Positions 30,890 to 41,038 of a stretch of DNA of 64,000 bases are shown piece by piece. A program made the position numbers and the translations under genes. The DNA is from an uncultured virus (IMG/VR IMGVR_UViG_3300046522_000747) (taxonomy: Duplodnaviria; Heunggongvirae; Uroviricota; Caudoviricetes): IMG/VR virus record IMGVR_UViG_3300046522_000747. The stretch is one strand, 5' to 3'. The notes below the pieces were generated by a model. That model was not told the origin of the DNA, made no database searches, and worked only from the letters and a program-made list of their open reading frames with translations. Numbering within the stretch: position 1 is the first letter of the stretch; each line of letters starts with the position of its first letter.

Positions 30890-31204
30890 ATCAACAGCGG
30901 GCCTGTCTCGCTGTGATTTAGCAACATCTGATAATCAATCTGTCATTTTGTCGATGTGCCAGAACCGTGTTACAACATGCGTAAAGGGATCTAACTCGCT
31001 AATAGACTGAACATTGAATAGCGACTTATGTTGGAAGAGACGCCACTTCTATAAAAAGGCGGGCGCGGAGTGAAACGGCCATGAGGCTGTGGATACGGAA
31101 ATAACGAAGAGTCAGCAACTTTTCGGTACGTTTCTTAATGTTGCTCTGTTGAAACCTGTAATCTCAAGGTTCTCACAAAAATGCCGCAGAAATGCGGCTT
31201 TTTT
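30890..31204 (+). ncRNA. unidentified structured RNA (~310 nt)
   Basis: Own promoter and GCCGCA-GAAA-TGCGGC-T6 terminator; several hairpins; long-range AGCAACAT/ATGTTGCT stem; no convincing ORF. Confidence 0.65.
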
Positions 31205-31255
31205 GTGTCTGCAATTTATTGGTGGCTATATAAATAAGCCCTCTTCTCCTGCGCT

Positions 31256-31675
31256 TTATGGATACTTTTTGCTGTATTCGTTATCGATAAATGCTTTGGC
31301 TTCGTCATCGTCGTCCAACCAGCCATTTCCCAGCAAAGAAAGCCCCTCATCATCAAGGGTGAAAAGGATTTTCATTGCACAAACGTCTGGGTCTTGATTG
31401 TTGGCAATTACATCCTGAACATGGCGGCTCAGTGGGCACTGTTCGGTGTCCTCATTATCGAGCCAGCCATTCGCGGAGAGTCCCAGGCCTGCGTTATCAA
31501 GCATCTCAAAAATATCGTCTGAAACATGCTTTTGACCGGATTGGCTTTTCAACAATAGAATTTTCTTAATTTTCACTCTTAATGACATGACGCTTCCTTT
31601 GTTTGTAATTATATTTGTGACGCAGACTTGATTATAAACAATAATAATGCAAAAATGAATCACACAATAATACAC
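31256..31675 (-). CDS. hypothetical protein with a repeated GLxLxxNGWLD unit (start probably internal, MSLRVK)
   Basis: Internal repeat; AAGGAAG SD before MSLRVK. Confidence 0.55.
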   Translation of the reverse strand: MYYCVIHFCIIIVYNQVCVTNIITNKGSVMSLRVKIKKILLLKSQSGQKHVSDDIFEMLDNAGLGLSANGWLDNEDTEQCPLSRHVQDVIANNQDPDVCAMKILFTLDDEGLSLLGNGWLDDDDEAKAFIDNEYSKKYP

Positions 31676-31689
31676 TGGAGCGCAGATCT

Positions 31690-32079
31690 GTGGTGAACTA
31701 CGAAAAGCTGATCGAATCGACTAAACGTATCAAGGTTGTCAAGGCAGAGCTGATCCAGGTATTGGACTCACATCATGACTCCAAGTCACCACTGAAAGAA
31801 TTATTTGGATCATGGTATTTCGAGTCAGGAAATCTTAATTTCCGACTGTTTGACATTGATTGCATCCTAGAGATTACCCAGTCCAAGGATGTAAATGATG
31901 AGTTAAATTTACGGTTGGTTGTAACGACTGATCGAATTCAACGCAGAAACAGTCCAGTTGCCGAAGTGTTCATAAATAATCAAGGTCAAATTTCTTCAGA
32001 AACAATGAGTACACTCGAATCACTGACGCTAGAAGACATAATGAAGTTTTTTATCAATAGTGTTATCGGAACAATCTAA
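31690..32079 (+). CDS. hypothetical protein
   Basis: GGAG SD with GTG start. Confidence 0.6.
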   Translation: MVNYEKLIESTKRIKVVKAELIQVLDSHHDSKSPLKELFGSWYFESGNLNFRLFDIDCILEITQSKDVNDELNLRLVVTTDRIQRRNSPVAEVFINNQGQISSETMSTLESLTLEDIMKFFINSVIGTI

Positions 32080-32776
32080 TAACATAAAAACAAAACTGGG
32101 GATTTATATGAAATTGATCTATCCAGAAGAAAAGGAATTAAATGGATATCTTGCTGACTTAATTGATAAGTCTAGGGATATTAACGCGAAAGATTATTTA
32201 TATATGCTTGGAAGTGTCTTGGCGGATAAGATGCTGCCACGTCTTGATCCAACTCTCCATTACACGATTATTTACTGTGCAGAAGATTGTGATGATTTTG
32301 CACAAGGTTTCGTTGAGAGAATTGACGATGTAATTCAGATGTCGCAGATGGTTTTTTGGATGTCTGACTTACATCTTCCTGGTGGCGAGACGTTGCCGCT
32401 TATCCGGCATCGATATGTTGAAAAGGAATATACGCAGTCGCATGAAGTGATATTCTTAAAACCCTTCATTCTTGAACCCTCTGTGTCCAGAGCCTCACTT
32501 CTTGATATTTCTGATCGAATAAAACCGTCGAAGCTTCATTTGGCGGGCTTGTTTATCGACACTGACGTAAAGACCGTTCTTGAATCAGATTTTGGTGAAA
32601 ATTACCGATTTGAGAATCATAGTTTTGTCGAGGTTAGTAAGTTGCTTGGTGAAAGGGCCTATGTTTGGACTGCGGCTGAAAAAGATATGTATCTGTCATT
32701 GGGTTATAAGAGTTCAGCTTCGGCCATGGGTCTTATGCCGGAAACAATAAGAAAAAGAATGCTCGTTAGAAACTAG
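32060..32776 (+). CDS. hypothetical protein, possibly PRTase-like fold (likely start MKLIYP)
   Basis: ORF in operon; fold guess is weak. Confidence 0.55.
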   Translation: MLSEQSNNIKTKLGIYMKLIYPEEKELNGYLADLIDKSRDINAKDYLYMLGSVLADKMLPRLDPTLHYTIIYCAEDCDDFAQGFVERIDDVIQMSQMVFWMSDLHLPGGETLPLIRHRYVEKEYTQSHEVIFLKPFILEPSVSRASLLDISDRIKPSKLHLAGLFIDTDVKTVLESDFGENYRFENHSFVEVSKLLGERAYVWTAAEKDMYLSLGYKSSASAMGLMPETIRKRMLVRN

Positions 32777-32784
32777 GAGGCCAT

Positions 32785-33582
32785 ATGGGTGGGCAATTGA
32801 CTGTTATGGCCAGACTTACCGGTGGCCGAAAGAAATCATTTAAAATAGATACGGGTAGTTTGAAGTATAAGTTTGATCGAGCTGAGATTCTTGATGAAAA
32901 TTCGTTTTTGAAGTTGGCAAAAGAGTTTGAAACTGACGATGTTCATTTGAATTTAGACGCACATTATGATTATGATTGTAGTGCTGCTTTGTTTGCACCA
33001 TATCACTATGGGTTGCTATTTATAGATTTTGATAATAGGAAATTATTTTCCTGTAATGGTCACTCTGGCTTTCTGTTGCATACAAGCAATTTTCTCTTGA
33101 GTGAAGTTCAGCTATGGGGTTCCAAACCGGAACTGCGGGATGGAAGAATTTTAGCATCCCTGCAAAGAGGTAGGCTTGGCCGGTGTGATCATCTTGAAAA
33201 ATTTCTGGATGATTTTAATACTAGTGTTGAGATAAGATTGAACGATGTCGTCATTCCTAACGGCCTGTCGTTTGATCAGCTTTTTATCGATTACCTTTTG
33301 CCAAAATCTGACGATCTTGATGACCTGCCCTTAGATCAAAAGCTCGATTACCTTATGCATGATCTCCACGATGGAGAACGAAAACACATCTCTTATTCGT
33401 GGAATAATTTAGAGGTCATTCCTGCTGGATGGACATTCTTCCAGGGTAATAACACAGTTGAGGATTTTGAGTACGTTATGGACTACGCTCGGCGACACCA
33501 TCTTCTTTCTGATATTGATATTGTGGCTTGGGAAAATCATCTTGCTGAGCGGTTCAGGATAAGTTGTGCAAAACATAATTAG
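32785..33582 (+). CDS. hypothetical protein, paralog 1 of 3
   Basis: MGGxLTVM...FAPYHYGLL.DF. Confidence 0.8.
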   Translation: MGGQLTVMARLTGGRKKSFKIDTGSLKYKFDRAEILDENSFLKLAKEFETDDVHLNLDAHYDYDCSAALFAPYHYGLLFIDFDNRKLFSCNGHSGFLLHTSNFLLSEVQLWGSKPELRDGRILASLQRGRLGRCDHLEKFLDDFNTSVEIRLNDVVIPNGLSFDQLFIDYLLPKSDDLDDLPLDQKLDYLMHDLHDGERKHISYSWNNLEVIPAGWTFFQGNNTVEDFEYVMDYARRHHLLSDIDIVAWENHLAERFRISCAKHN

Positions 33583-33590
33583 GAGTTTGT

Positions 33591-34376
33591 ATGGGCGGTA
33601 AGCTTACGGTAATGATTCGACAGGAGAATGGCGAAACTCATTCTTTCAAAGCGCATACCGGGCGGTTAGAGCGGCATTTTGACGGCTCAAGTGTTTTTAG
33701 CGAAACTCAATTCATGAAAACTGTTCGAGAGTCAGATTATCTAAAGTGTGCTCCGGTTGATTCCACTGCTCATGATGACTACGAAAATAATTCAGCCTAT
33801 TTCGCACCTTATCATTATGGGTTGCTGTTGTTTGACTTTAAAAACAAGCAGGTTTACGCCTGTAACGGTTATTCCTGTGTAATGACCGCTACCAGTAAGT
33901 TCCTTGTAGGTGATATGAGGGAGTCTATGGAAGAATATTCTGATAGCCCTGAGACCTTTTTGTCATATGTAGAGGCAATTGGCGATTCTGGTGGTTGCGG
34001 CCATCTAGCTGAGTTTTATGATTTTGTTAAATCAGGCTCAAGAATATTGCATAGAGGACGGGTAATATCAGAGGGAAATAAATCATTTCTGGAGGTTCTA
34101 GCTTCGGTTTTGGAAATACCTGAGTCGCTTGCAGGTGATAATCTATGGCGTGAAATTCGAAGACGATATGATGAAATACGTGTCGGATATAGAGAGTGGT
34201 ATCCTGACTTTGATGATATTGAGGCTCAGCCATTGGGATGGGTGATTCATAATGGTAATAGCTCAATTAATTATATTACAGGGGCTTTTGATTATTGCAT
34301 GAAAGAGGCTTTACTCTCGAAAGAAGACATATTTGCATGGGAGAGTTACTTGACTGAGCTTGATGAAGGGCAGTAA
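33591..34376 (+). CDS. hypothetical protein, paralog 2 of 3
   Basis: Same motifs; AGGAG SD. Confidence 0.8.
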   Translation: MGGKLTVMIRQENGETHSFKAHTGRLERHFDGSSVFSETQFMKTVRESDYLKCAPVDSTAHDDYENNSAYFAPYHYGLLLFDFKNKQVYACNGYSCVMTATSKFLVGDMRESMEEYSDSPETFLSYVEAIGDSGGCGHLAEFYDFVKSGSRILHRGRVISEGNKSFLEVLASVLEIPESLAGDNLWREIRRRYDEIRVGYREWYPDFDDIEAQPLGWVIHNGNSSINYITGAFDYCMKEALLSKEDIFAWESYLTELDEGQ

Positions 34377-34462
34377 TGTTTGCGAAATAATGAGTAATTC
34401 TCTCGCTGAGAAATTTTATGCAGTTACGAATAGCACTAAGCAACTAAGTATTGGAGGTTTAC

Positions 34463-35254
34463 ATGGGTGGAAAGCTTACAGTAATGATTCGTCAAAAGAA
34501 CGGTAAAAAACATTCCTTCAAAGCTCATACCAGTCGATTAGAGTGTCATTTTGGTGGTGCCAAACTCCTAGATGAAGACCTATTTATGGATAGCGCCAAG
34601 AGTTCTGGCTATTTGAAAGATTCTCCGACTAATTTTGCTGCACATGTTGATTATGAGAACAACTCTGCTTTTTTTGCTCCATATCACTATGGTTTATTGC
34701 TTGTTGACTTTAAGAGCCAGTTCGTTTTCTCCAAAAATGATTATTCCAGATTTATGAATTTCACTAGCCAATTTGTGGCAAATGACTTGTACAAGCTTAT
34801 TAGAAAATTTTCTAATAACGTAGATGATTTTTTAGCCTGGATAGCAGATTTTGATGCGCCAATTTATGCGCATCTTTTGGGACTTTATAACTCTGTAGAA
34901 ATCGGCTCAACAATATTTCATAGAAATCAGTTAATTTCAGAGGGTGACAAATCATTTCTAGAAATTCTTGCAATAGTGCTTGGGGCGCCTCAGTCTCCAT
35001 CCAATGATGTGTTGTGGGCCTGGATCAAGCAAAAATCTGAAGAAATTTATGCAAACGATACCCTTGAGTTTGATGATTTCGATGATATCGCAGCTCACCC
35101 ACTAGGCTGGGACATTCATAATGGTGATGGTTCAGTTAACTGCATTTCTGATGTATTTGAATACTGTAAAAAAGAAGAGTTGTTGTCCCAGGATGATTTG
35201 GAAGCCTGGGTAAACTACCTAGCTGATCGTCAAATTAAGACTATCGAGGCATAG
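34463..35254 (+). CDS. hypothetical protein, paralog 3 of 3
   Basis: Same motifs; GGAGG SD. Confidence 0.8.
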   Translation: MGGKLTVMIRQKNGKKHSFKAHTSRLECHFGGAKLLDEDLFMDSAKSSGYLKDSPTNFAAHVDYENNSAFFAPYHYGLLLVDFKSQFVFSKNDYSRFMNFTSQFVANDLYKLIRKFSNNVDDFLAWIADFDAPIYAHLLGLYNSVEIGSTIFHRNQLISEGDKSFLEILAIVLGAPQSPSNDVLWAWIKQKSEEIYANDTLEFDDFDDIAAHPLGWDIHNGDGSVNCISDVFEYCKKEELLSQDDLEAWVNYLADRQIKTIEA

Positions 35255-35313
35255 CGGCCTTGCTAAAATGAACACCCCTATATATAATAAGAGATCATCT
35301 GGGGGTTGGTCAT

Positions 35314-37500
35314 TTGAAAGAGATATCAGGGATCGTAATTTCGGTTCCCATTCGTAAGCCAGAAATGGAATTTATTGTTTTCATGGTTCGCATGGGAAAC
35401 AAGGTCATCCGTGTATCTGGCAGTGACTGTGGAATTTATGAATCTGACGTTGTGACATGTCAGGGCGAATGGAGTGAGTATAAAGGCGAGCCTCAATTTA
35501 AGGCAAAGGTCATCATCCCTGAAATCCCTACGGATGAGGAGGCGATTATCGCCTACCTGCCTCGCATCCCTGGTATCGGCGCCAAATGGGCAACAAAGCT
35601 GGTACAGAAATTCGGCAAGGGGTTGATTAGTATTGCCGAAAACACCCCTGAAAAACTGCGAGAGCTTAAGGGCTTCGGGCCTCAGAAGGTCAAGTGTCTC
35701 ACTGAGGGGCTGCGCGATCAGATAGGCTATCGAAGCATTCTTGTTTTCCTCCATAATTTCGGCATTGGAAAACGTTATGTTAACAAAATCTATCAGCAGT
35801 ATGGTCTTTCCGCAGTCGAGAAAATTAAAGCCAATCCCTACGCCCTCTGCTACGAGCTAGAAGGAATTGGCTTTGCAATTGCGGATCAAATTGCCAGGAA
35901 GGTTGGCCTTAAGGATGATGATCCGAACCGCGTGATGGCTGGCATCAACTACGCCCTAAATCATCTGGTGCATCGTACCGGGAATACCGGTGTATCTCGC
36001 GCTGCATTGTCCCAGATGGCATTCAACTTGTTTCAGAAAACTGGTGGCACGGTTGATTCGGACACAATCGACGACGGTATATCTGTCCTGATTGGCAGCC
36101 CTTTCGCTATCGCAAAAGACATCGAGGGTCAGGAGTTTATTTTTCCAGCTTCGCTGTACGAGGCTGAGGAAGGTATTGCTGATCATTTGCACAGAATTAT
36201 ATCGAGCTTCAGGCCAAAAAAAGATCGCGATTACGATAACTGGATTGCGAAGGCTCAGGTCAACCTCGGTATTGAGCTGGCTGATGCTCAGGTCAGTGCC
36301 GTCAAGATGGCGCTGAAGCATAGTGTATCGGTGATTACGGGCGGTCCCGGCACCGGTAAGACCACAATCATTCGTGTGTTCCTTGAGGTTTGCAAAACGT
36401 ACCTTGGGTTTAAGACTGACGATATTCTGCTGTGCGCACCAACCGGCAAGGCCGCAAAGCGATTGTCTGAGTCATCTGGTATGGATGCCATGACGCTGCA
36501 CCGTGCATTGAGTTTCTCGCCTGAGTCAGGTGGCTTCATGTTCGATGAAGAAAACCCGTTGACCGCCAAAATCATCGTGACGGATGAGGCCAGTATGCAG
36601 GACACCCAGCTTACCCATTCTTTCGTCCAGGCCATTGTAAACGGCGCACAACTAGTGATCGTTGGGGATGTGGATCAGCTTGCCTCTGTAGGCCCAGGAA
36701 AGGTGCTGAAAGACATCATCGACAGTGGTGTGATACCAGTGACCCGTCTGAAAGAAATCTACCGTCAAGCGAAGACCAGCCAGATCATTGTGAATGCTCA
36801 CCGAATCAACAATGGCGAAATCCCTGTAGTGGACAACAAGCTGCCAGGGAATGATTTCTGGTTTATCAATTCGCCTACGGCCTCTGACATCGCAGATCAG
36901 GTGCTTGGGCTAATCCAGCGTATGGCCAAGCATTACAATTATGATCCTATCGAGGATATTCAGGTTCTGACACCGCAGCGCAAAGGGCCTGTGGGTCAGT
37001 ATGAACTGAATAGGCGCATTCAGAAGTTGCTGAATAAAAATCTTGGGGCTGGCATCAAGGTCAAGCAAGATCAGATTGATGTTGAGTTTTGTGTCGGTGA
37101 CAAGGTAATTCACATCAAGAACAACTACGACCTCGGGGTCTTCAATGGCGAAGTCGGTCGGGTTCACAGTTCAGACGCCAAGGCCAAAAAGCTGGTGGCG
37201 AAGTATGACAATCGATTGGTTGAATATGCGTTCGCAGATCTTGAGCAACTGCGTTTGGCTTATGCAATGACGATCCACAAGTCACAGGGCTCCGAATATC
37301 CATGTGTGATTATTCCGACCTCAACCACTCACCGCAATATGCTAAACAGAAACCTGTTTTACACGGGGATAACCAGGGCGAAGAAGGTTCTGACAATGGT
37401 TGGGGAAATGAGGGCTTTGCACATTGCAGTAGAGCACGTCTCATCTGAAAGCCGGACGACAGGTCTTAAGCAGCACTTGCAGGAAAAGATGGCGGCTTAG
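35314..37500 (+). CDS. recD2: RecD2-like ATP-dependent DNA helicase
   Basis: N-terminal HhH (PGIG), NPYAL, GIGFAIAD, GGPGTGKTT, APTGKAA, DEASM, GDVDQL, YAMTIHKSQGSEY, YTGITRAK. Confidence 0.93.
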   Translation: MKEISGIVISVPIRKPEMEFIVFMVRMGNKVIRVSGSDCGIYESDVVTCQGEWSEYKGEPQFKAKVIIPEIPTDEEAIIAYLPRIPGIGAKWATKLVQKFGKGLISIAENTPEKLRELKGFGPQKVKCLTEGLRDQIGYRSILVFLHNFGIGKRYVNKIYQQYGLSAVEKIKANPYALCYELEGIGFAIADQIARKVGLKDDDPNRVMAGINYALNHLVHRTGNTGVSRAALSQMAFNLFQKTGGTVDSDTIDDGISVLIGSPFAIAKDIEGQEFIFPASLYEAEEGIADHLHRIISSFRPKKDRDYDNWIAKAQVNLGIELADAQVSAVKMALKHSVSVITGGPGTGKTTIIRVFLEVCKTYLGFKTDDILLCAPTGKAAKRLSESSGMDAMTLHRALSFSPESGGFMFDEENPLTAKIIVTDEASMQDTQLTHSFVQAIVNGAQLVIVGDVDQLASVGPGKVLKDIIDSGVIPVTRLKEIYRQAKTSQIIVNAHRINNGEIPVVDNKLPGNDFWFINSPTASDIADQVLGLIQRMAKHYNYDPIEDIQVLTPQRKGPVGQYELNRRIQKLLNKNLGAGIKVKQDQIDVEFCVGDKVIHIKNNYDLGVFNGEVGRVHSSDAKAKKLVAKYDNRLVEYAFADLEQLRLAYAMTIHKSQGSEYPCVIIPTSTTHRNMLNRNLFYTGITRAKKVLTMVGEMRALHIAVEHVSSESRTTGLKQHLQEKMAA

Positions 37501-37587
37501 CATTAAAGGCTTGACAAAAACGTTTATTATATTCAAGATGGCCAAGCAAGTCATTTGAAGATTACCACCACAACAGATAGGTGTCAT

Positions 37588-37782
37588 ATGACTATGCAAC
37601 AAGAAAAAACAGTAGCGCCAGTAGCACCAAAAGTCCCAGCTTATGAGCCAGACGACGGCCCGCTGACAGACGAGCAAATCGCTCTGATTAGAAAGCACAG
37701 CAGCGCAACAAACATCCCTGACAGCTCCTTCACTCGTAGGCTGTTTGACTGGATCGACGAGGCTGGCAGCGCCAAGCCATAA
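37588..37782 (+). CDS. small hypothetical protein
   Basis: Promoter-like TTGACA upstream; SD-like ATAGG. Confidence 0.5.
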   Translation: MTMQQEKTVAPVAPKVPAYEPDDGPLTDEQIALIRKHSSATNIPDSSFTRRLFDWIDEAGSAKP

Positions 37783-37823
37783 GTTTAAATGGGTGCATTG
37801 CTCATCAATGCACCCTCTCCCGC

Positions 37824-38351
37824 TTACTCTGCAACATCCCACGTAGGCACTTGTACACCATGCCGCCACAGTACGATGCGGCTGAACATTCCAGCTTTGA
37901 TTGCCACTGTGTCGCCCAGCTGAACGGGTTTGAATTTTGTGGTTACTCCCATCCCAAAGACCTCTGGACGATTGGTCGAGACATGTGGATTTACAAGACC
38001 CGCATCCTCTTCCCTGTCGATGTAGCCAAACTTGCGCATAGCCAAAAATGGACACACCTGTAGTGCATAGATAGCGCAGTCAACATGCATGGGCGCATCA
38101 GTGAACATCCTGTTTTTCATCGACATTTTGCCGCCAACAAAAGCGACATTTTTATCCAGCGCGCAGCCGCATAGACCGCACAGCCTGTTCTGTACTGCCT
38201 CCATCCACTTCTTATCATCGATTACTCGAAAGTCAGGCACGCCATCTACCCAAGTCACACCATGGGGGATCGGGTATCCTCTCGCATCCTTTTCAAGAGC
38301 TTGGATTCGAGCCGGTGTATTGACCTTTGAAAGGTCGGTCCAGGTTTTCAT
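37824..38351 (-). CDS. Cys/His-motif hypothetical protein
   Basis: RGYPIP, CGLCG, PMHVDCA, CPFL. Confidence 0.7.
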   Translation of the reverse strand: MKTWTDLSKVNTPARIQALEKDARGYPIPHGVTWVDGVPDFRVIDDKKWMEAVQNRLCGLCGCALDKNVAFVGGKMSMKNRMFTDAPMHVDCAIYALQVCPFLAMRKFGYIDREEDAGLVNPHVSTNRPEVFGMGVTTKFKPVQLGDTVAIKAGMFSRIVLWRHGVQVPTWDVAE

Positions 38352-40423
38352 TGGGTTTTTCCTTTTTTCATTGCGTCGAAAGCAAGGGCGGCAACTTGTT
38401 TTTTGGCTTCGGCCTTGCTTGATGAGGTGGAGTTGAATGTCTGCACCACACCGTTAATGTTGACGTTTAGACTGCACTTAAAAGCCGGTGGGTGCGCCTT
38501 AATCGTGAGAAATTGATAATCAGGCAGTGGTAGACCGGATTTTTGCATCGCTTCCTGAATATCACCTACAGGGTTGCCCGAGTCGTTAATCATAAACTCT
38601 GGCTGTTTGCAGGCGATGACTTCTGTGGCGGCTTCCAATTTGATAATCAGCAACCGTGCAGCGTCTGCTTCGGCGGACTTTTTTGAGGTAAAGGGATCAC
38701 TGATAGCCATCAGGTCTGCACCCTTGAATTTCATTTTCGCGCTGCAAACAAATGATGGCAAGTGCGTTGGGCCTGAGGCGGTCATGCTGAAGATCGGCGC
38801 ACTAACTTTGGCTCTGGCGCACATTTCCAGCAGAGCGCCTTTCGGATTACCAGCGATGGTTGCGCTGGAAGCCGCCTGAGGAGGTGCTGAAGGCGTTTCG
38901 TTATCAAAAGCGGTGTCGAGGGTTGGTATGGCTACTGCCTGAGCTATCAGAGCCACAGTGGCGAACTGTTCTGCCTCTTTCTTCTTGGCGGCTTTACCGT
39001 GGCCAGAGAATATCAGACCGTCACTGATTCGTTTGATCTGGGCGTTGGCCTCAAAGCCGTATTTCGAACTTGTACACTTAACTTCGAACTCTGACAGATA
39101 GCTCTTTTGGGTAGAGAAACCGATCAGGTGCATTGCTTTTGCAGGCGTTGCGTACAGCCATGCTGACATTGCGTTCTTTAGGTTTTCCGGGATTGCAGCA
39201 TGATCAATCTGAAAAAATAGGCGGTCGATTACGTTGTCGGCCAAGGTGTTCTTCCCCAGTCGATCAGAAATTTCTGCGCACAGTTCGGCGGGTAGCGAAC
39301 CGTCTTCCTCTCGGATTGACTTCAGTGCGAGGCTCAATTGTGCGCTATCCATCGCCTTAAGCTTGCCTGCGTTTATCAGGCGCTCTGCGGATTTGGTTAC
39401 AGCACTCTTGAAGTGATCACTGGTGGCATTGCGGCGAGCCTCCAGGGTGTCATTGATTTTGGCCGAGATTGCAGAAATATCCGCCTGTGAGTAAACGTAA
39501 TCGCTCTTCAGCAGGTAGGCCTTGATCTGGCGTACGTTCATGGTGTCCGGATACCGGCGCAATGGTGACGTGATGTGCATATACGCCATCATATTGAGCC
39601 CGTAATGGCCGTTGGCTGTTGCTTCGTACTTGGCCCTGCCTACCAACGCATTGATTTTTGATGTGGCCAACTCGCGGTTGCCGCCTCCTTGAAGCAGTGT
39701 CTCAATTGTCTGAAGAAGGTCTGTGGTTGGCGGTGCGGCCAATTGAGCCACATGATTCCTGTAGACAGCCGGAATGTTGTTTTTCAGCATGTACTGAGCG
39801 GCAAGGCTATTGGTGAGGATCATCAACTCCTGCACCAGAACATGACCGATGGTGTCGCTGCTCGAATCCATCTGCTGAAGATTGCCTTCCTCATCCGTCA
39901 GCAGAAATTGATTGAGGTCGTAGAGTGCCAGAGCGCCCTTTAGTCGGCGTCCTTTAAGCAATGCTTCCGCAAGCACAACGCCAGCTTTGATGGGCGCATG
40001 GAAATCATGCGTTGGGTCGGCTGCGATGCCTGGAATGTCCTTATACGTCAAGCGTTTCACTACTTTCACAGAACCAATCATTGGTGTAAATTCAATGACT
40101 TGAAGGTCATTTCCGATAATAATTCTGAAGAGTAGGCAATCACGCTGCACGCCTTCCAAAAGGCTCGATTCATCTTCTGAAATGTGCGCAGGAAACATCT
40201 TTTTTGTCGCACGGTCGCGGGTGTAAATGGTTGCAGCCGCTTCCTGTGCGTTGAGATCAATTTGAGAGGCTGGCGAGACCTTCGTAGTCGGGTCTGCAAT
40301 AGCAACCAAGATCTCTGCTCCGTTAGGAATTGTTGAGATCGAAAAGGCGTCGTCAAAATCCCTCGTAAATTCGGAGTCCACGGTGAAAAGTGATGCGTTG
40401 CAGATGGTCGCTTGAGCGGTCAT
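38348..40423 (-). CDS. RNB (RNase II/R) exoribonuclease fused to about three dsRNA-binding domains
   Basis: DSEFTRDFDDA, ELMILTN, YRNH, HYGL, HITSPLRRYPD; dsRBD motifs KKKEAEQ, NPKGALLE...SKKSAEADAA, NPVGDIQE...SKAEAKKQVA. Confidence 0.88.
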   Translation of the reverse strand: MTAQATICNASLFTVDSEFTRDFDDAFSISTIPNGAEILVAIADPTTKVSPASQIDLNAQEAAATIYTRDRATKKMFPAHISEDESSLLEGVQRDCLLFRIIIGNDLQVIEFTPMIGSVKVVKRLTYKDIPGIAADPTHDFHAPIKAGVVLAEALLKGRRLKGALALYDLNQFLLTDEEGNLQQMDSSSDTIGHVLVQELMILTNSLAAQYMLKNNIPAVYRNHVAQLAAPPTTDLLQTIETLLQGGGNRELATSKINALVGRAKYEATANGHYGLNMMAYMHITSPLRRYPDTMNVRQIKAYLLKSDYVYSQADISAISAKINDTLEARRNATSDHFKSAVTKSAERLINAGKLKAMDSAQLSLALKSIREEDGSLPAELCAEISDRLGKNTLADNVIDRLFFQIDHAAIPENLKNAMSAWLYATPAKAMHLIGFSTQKSYLSEFEVKCTSSKYGFEANAQIKRISDGLIFSGHGKAAKKKEAEQFATVALIAQAVAIPTLDTAFDNETPSAPPQAASSATIAGNPKGALLEMCARAKVSAPIFSMTASGPTHLPSFVCSAKMKFKGADLMAISDPFTSKKSAEADAARLLIIKLEAATEVIACKQPEFMINDSGNPVGDIQEAMQKSGLPLPDYQFLTIKAHPPAFKCSLNVNINGVVQTFNSTSSSKAEAKKQVAALAFDAMKKGKTQ

Positions 40424-40564
40424 TGGCCATATCCATGAAATTTCGACAATTATAGTAATGCGGGCATTAATGGCAATGCCTAAGGCTACGCAAAATATCT
40501 AATGTTTGTTTGGTTATGGCGTGGAATCCTACTAAACTTCACCCCAAATACTAATTTCATCTAA

Positions 40565-40921
40565 TTGGATGGTTGGAACATGAATTATGAGGACGAAATA
40601 GTTACCAGGGCTCTGGATCGTCGCAAACATATCCTTTCAGAATATTGGGAGCATGTTGAAGTGGTCGCAATTAACGGATCACTCAAGGAGGGGCAGCGAG
40701 CGAAATCCGACTTTCGACATCTGGAGTTTATTTTTAGCAGCGTGTTGCAGAAAAGACCGGTAACCAAGGAGCAATTGAGTCGCAGGAAATTCATCCTGCA
40801 AGATTATCGAAATTGCGCAGACATGATGTTTTTGAACGGAAGCCTTGAGTGCGCCAAGATTTCCGAAAGTGATTACCAATCGCTTGAGCTTTTTTTGATG
40901 GGTCTTGAGAAACTACATTAA
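40565..40921 (+). CDS. hypothetical protein with internal duplication
   Basis: RRKxIL...NGSL...SD..LE.F occurs twice. Confidence 0.6.
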   Translation: MDGWNMNYEDEIVTRALDRRKHILSEYWEHVEVVAINGSLKEGQRAKSDFRHLEFIFSSVLQKRPVTKEQLSRRKFILQDYRNCADMMFLNGSLECAKISESDYQSLELFLMGLEKLH

Positions 40922-41038
40922 ATGTAAAACATTATAATGACGCTGTATCTATCTGTTTTATATGGTTTTTATGCCGACTTAAATCTCGGCAGCCTGTCAC
41001 TCAAAAAACGTTTGATGAGTGACAGGCAAGCCTTTGAT

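Noticed and set aside
29880..31204. tmRNA next to smpB
   Set aside because: No tRNA-like acceptor ends, T-arm with CCA or tag reading frame could be found.
35252..35316. TAG-C stop before recD2 as another quadruplet gate
   Set aside because: After a 4-base step the frame is 58 nt from the recD2 start, so not in frame, and the TCT context is absent.
37498..37560. TAG-C stop of recD2 as a gate
   Set aside because: The +1 continuation stops after a short tail and joins no gene.
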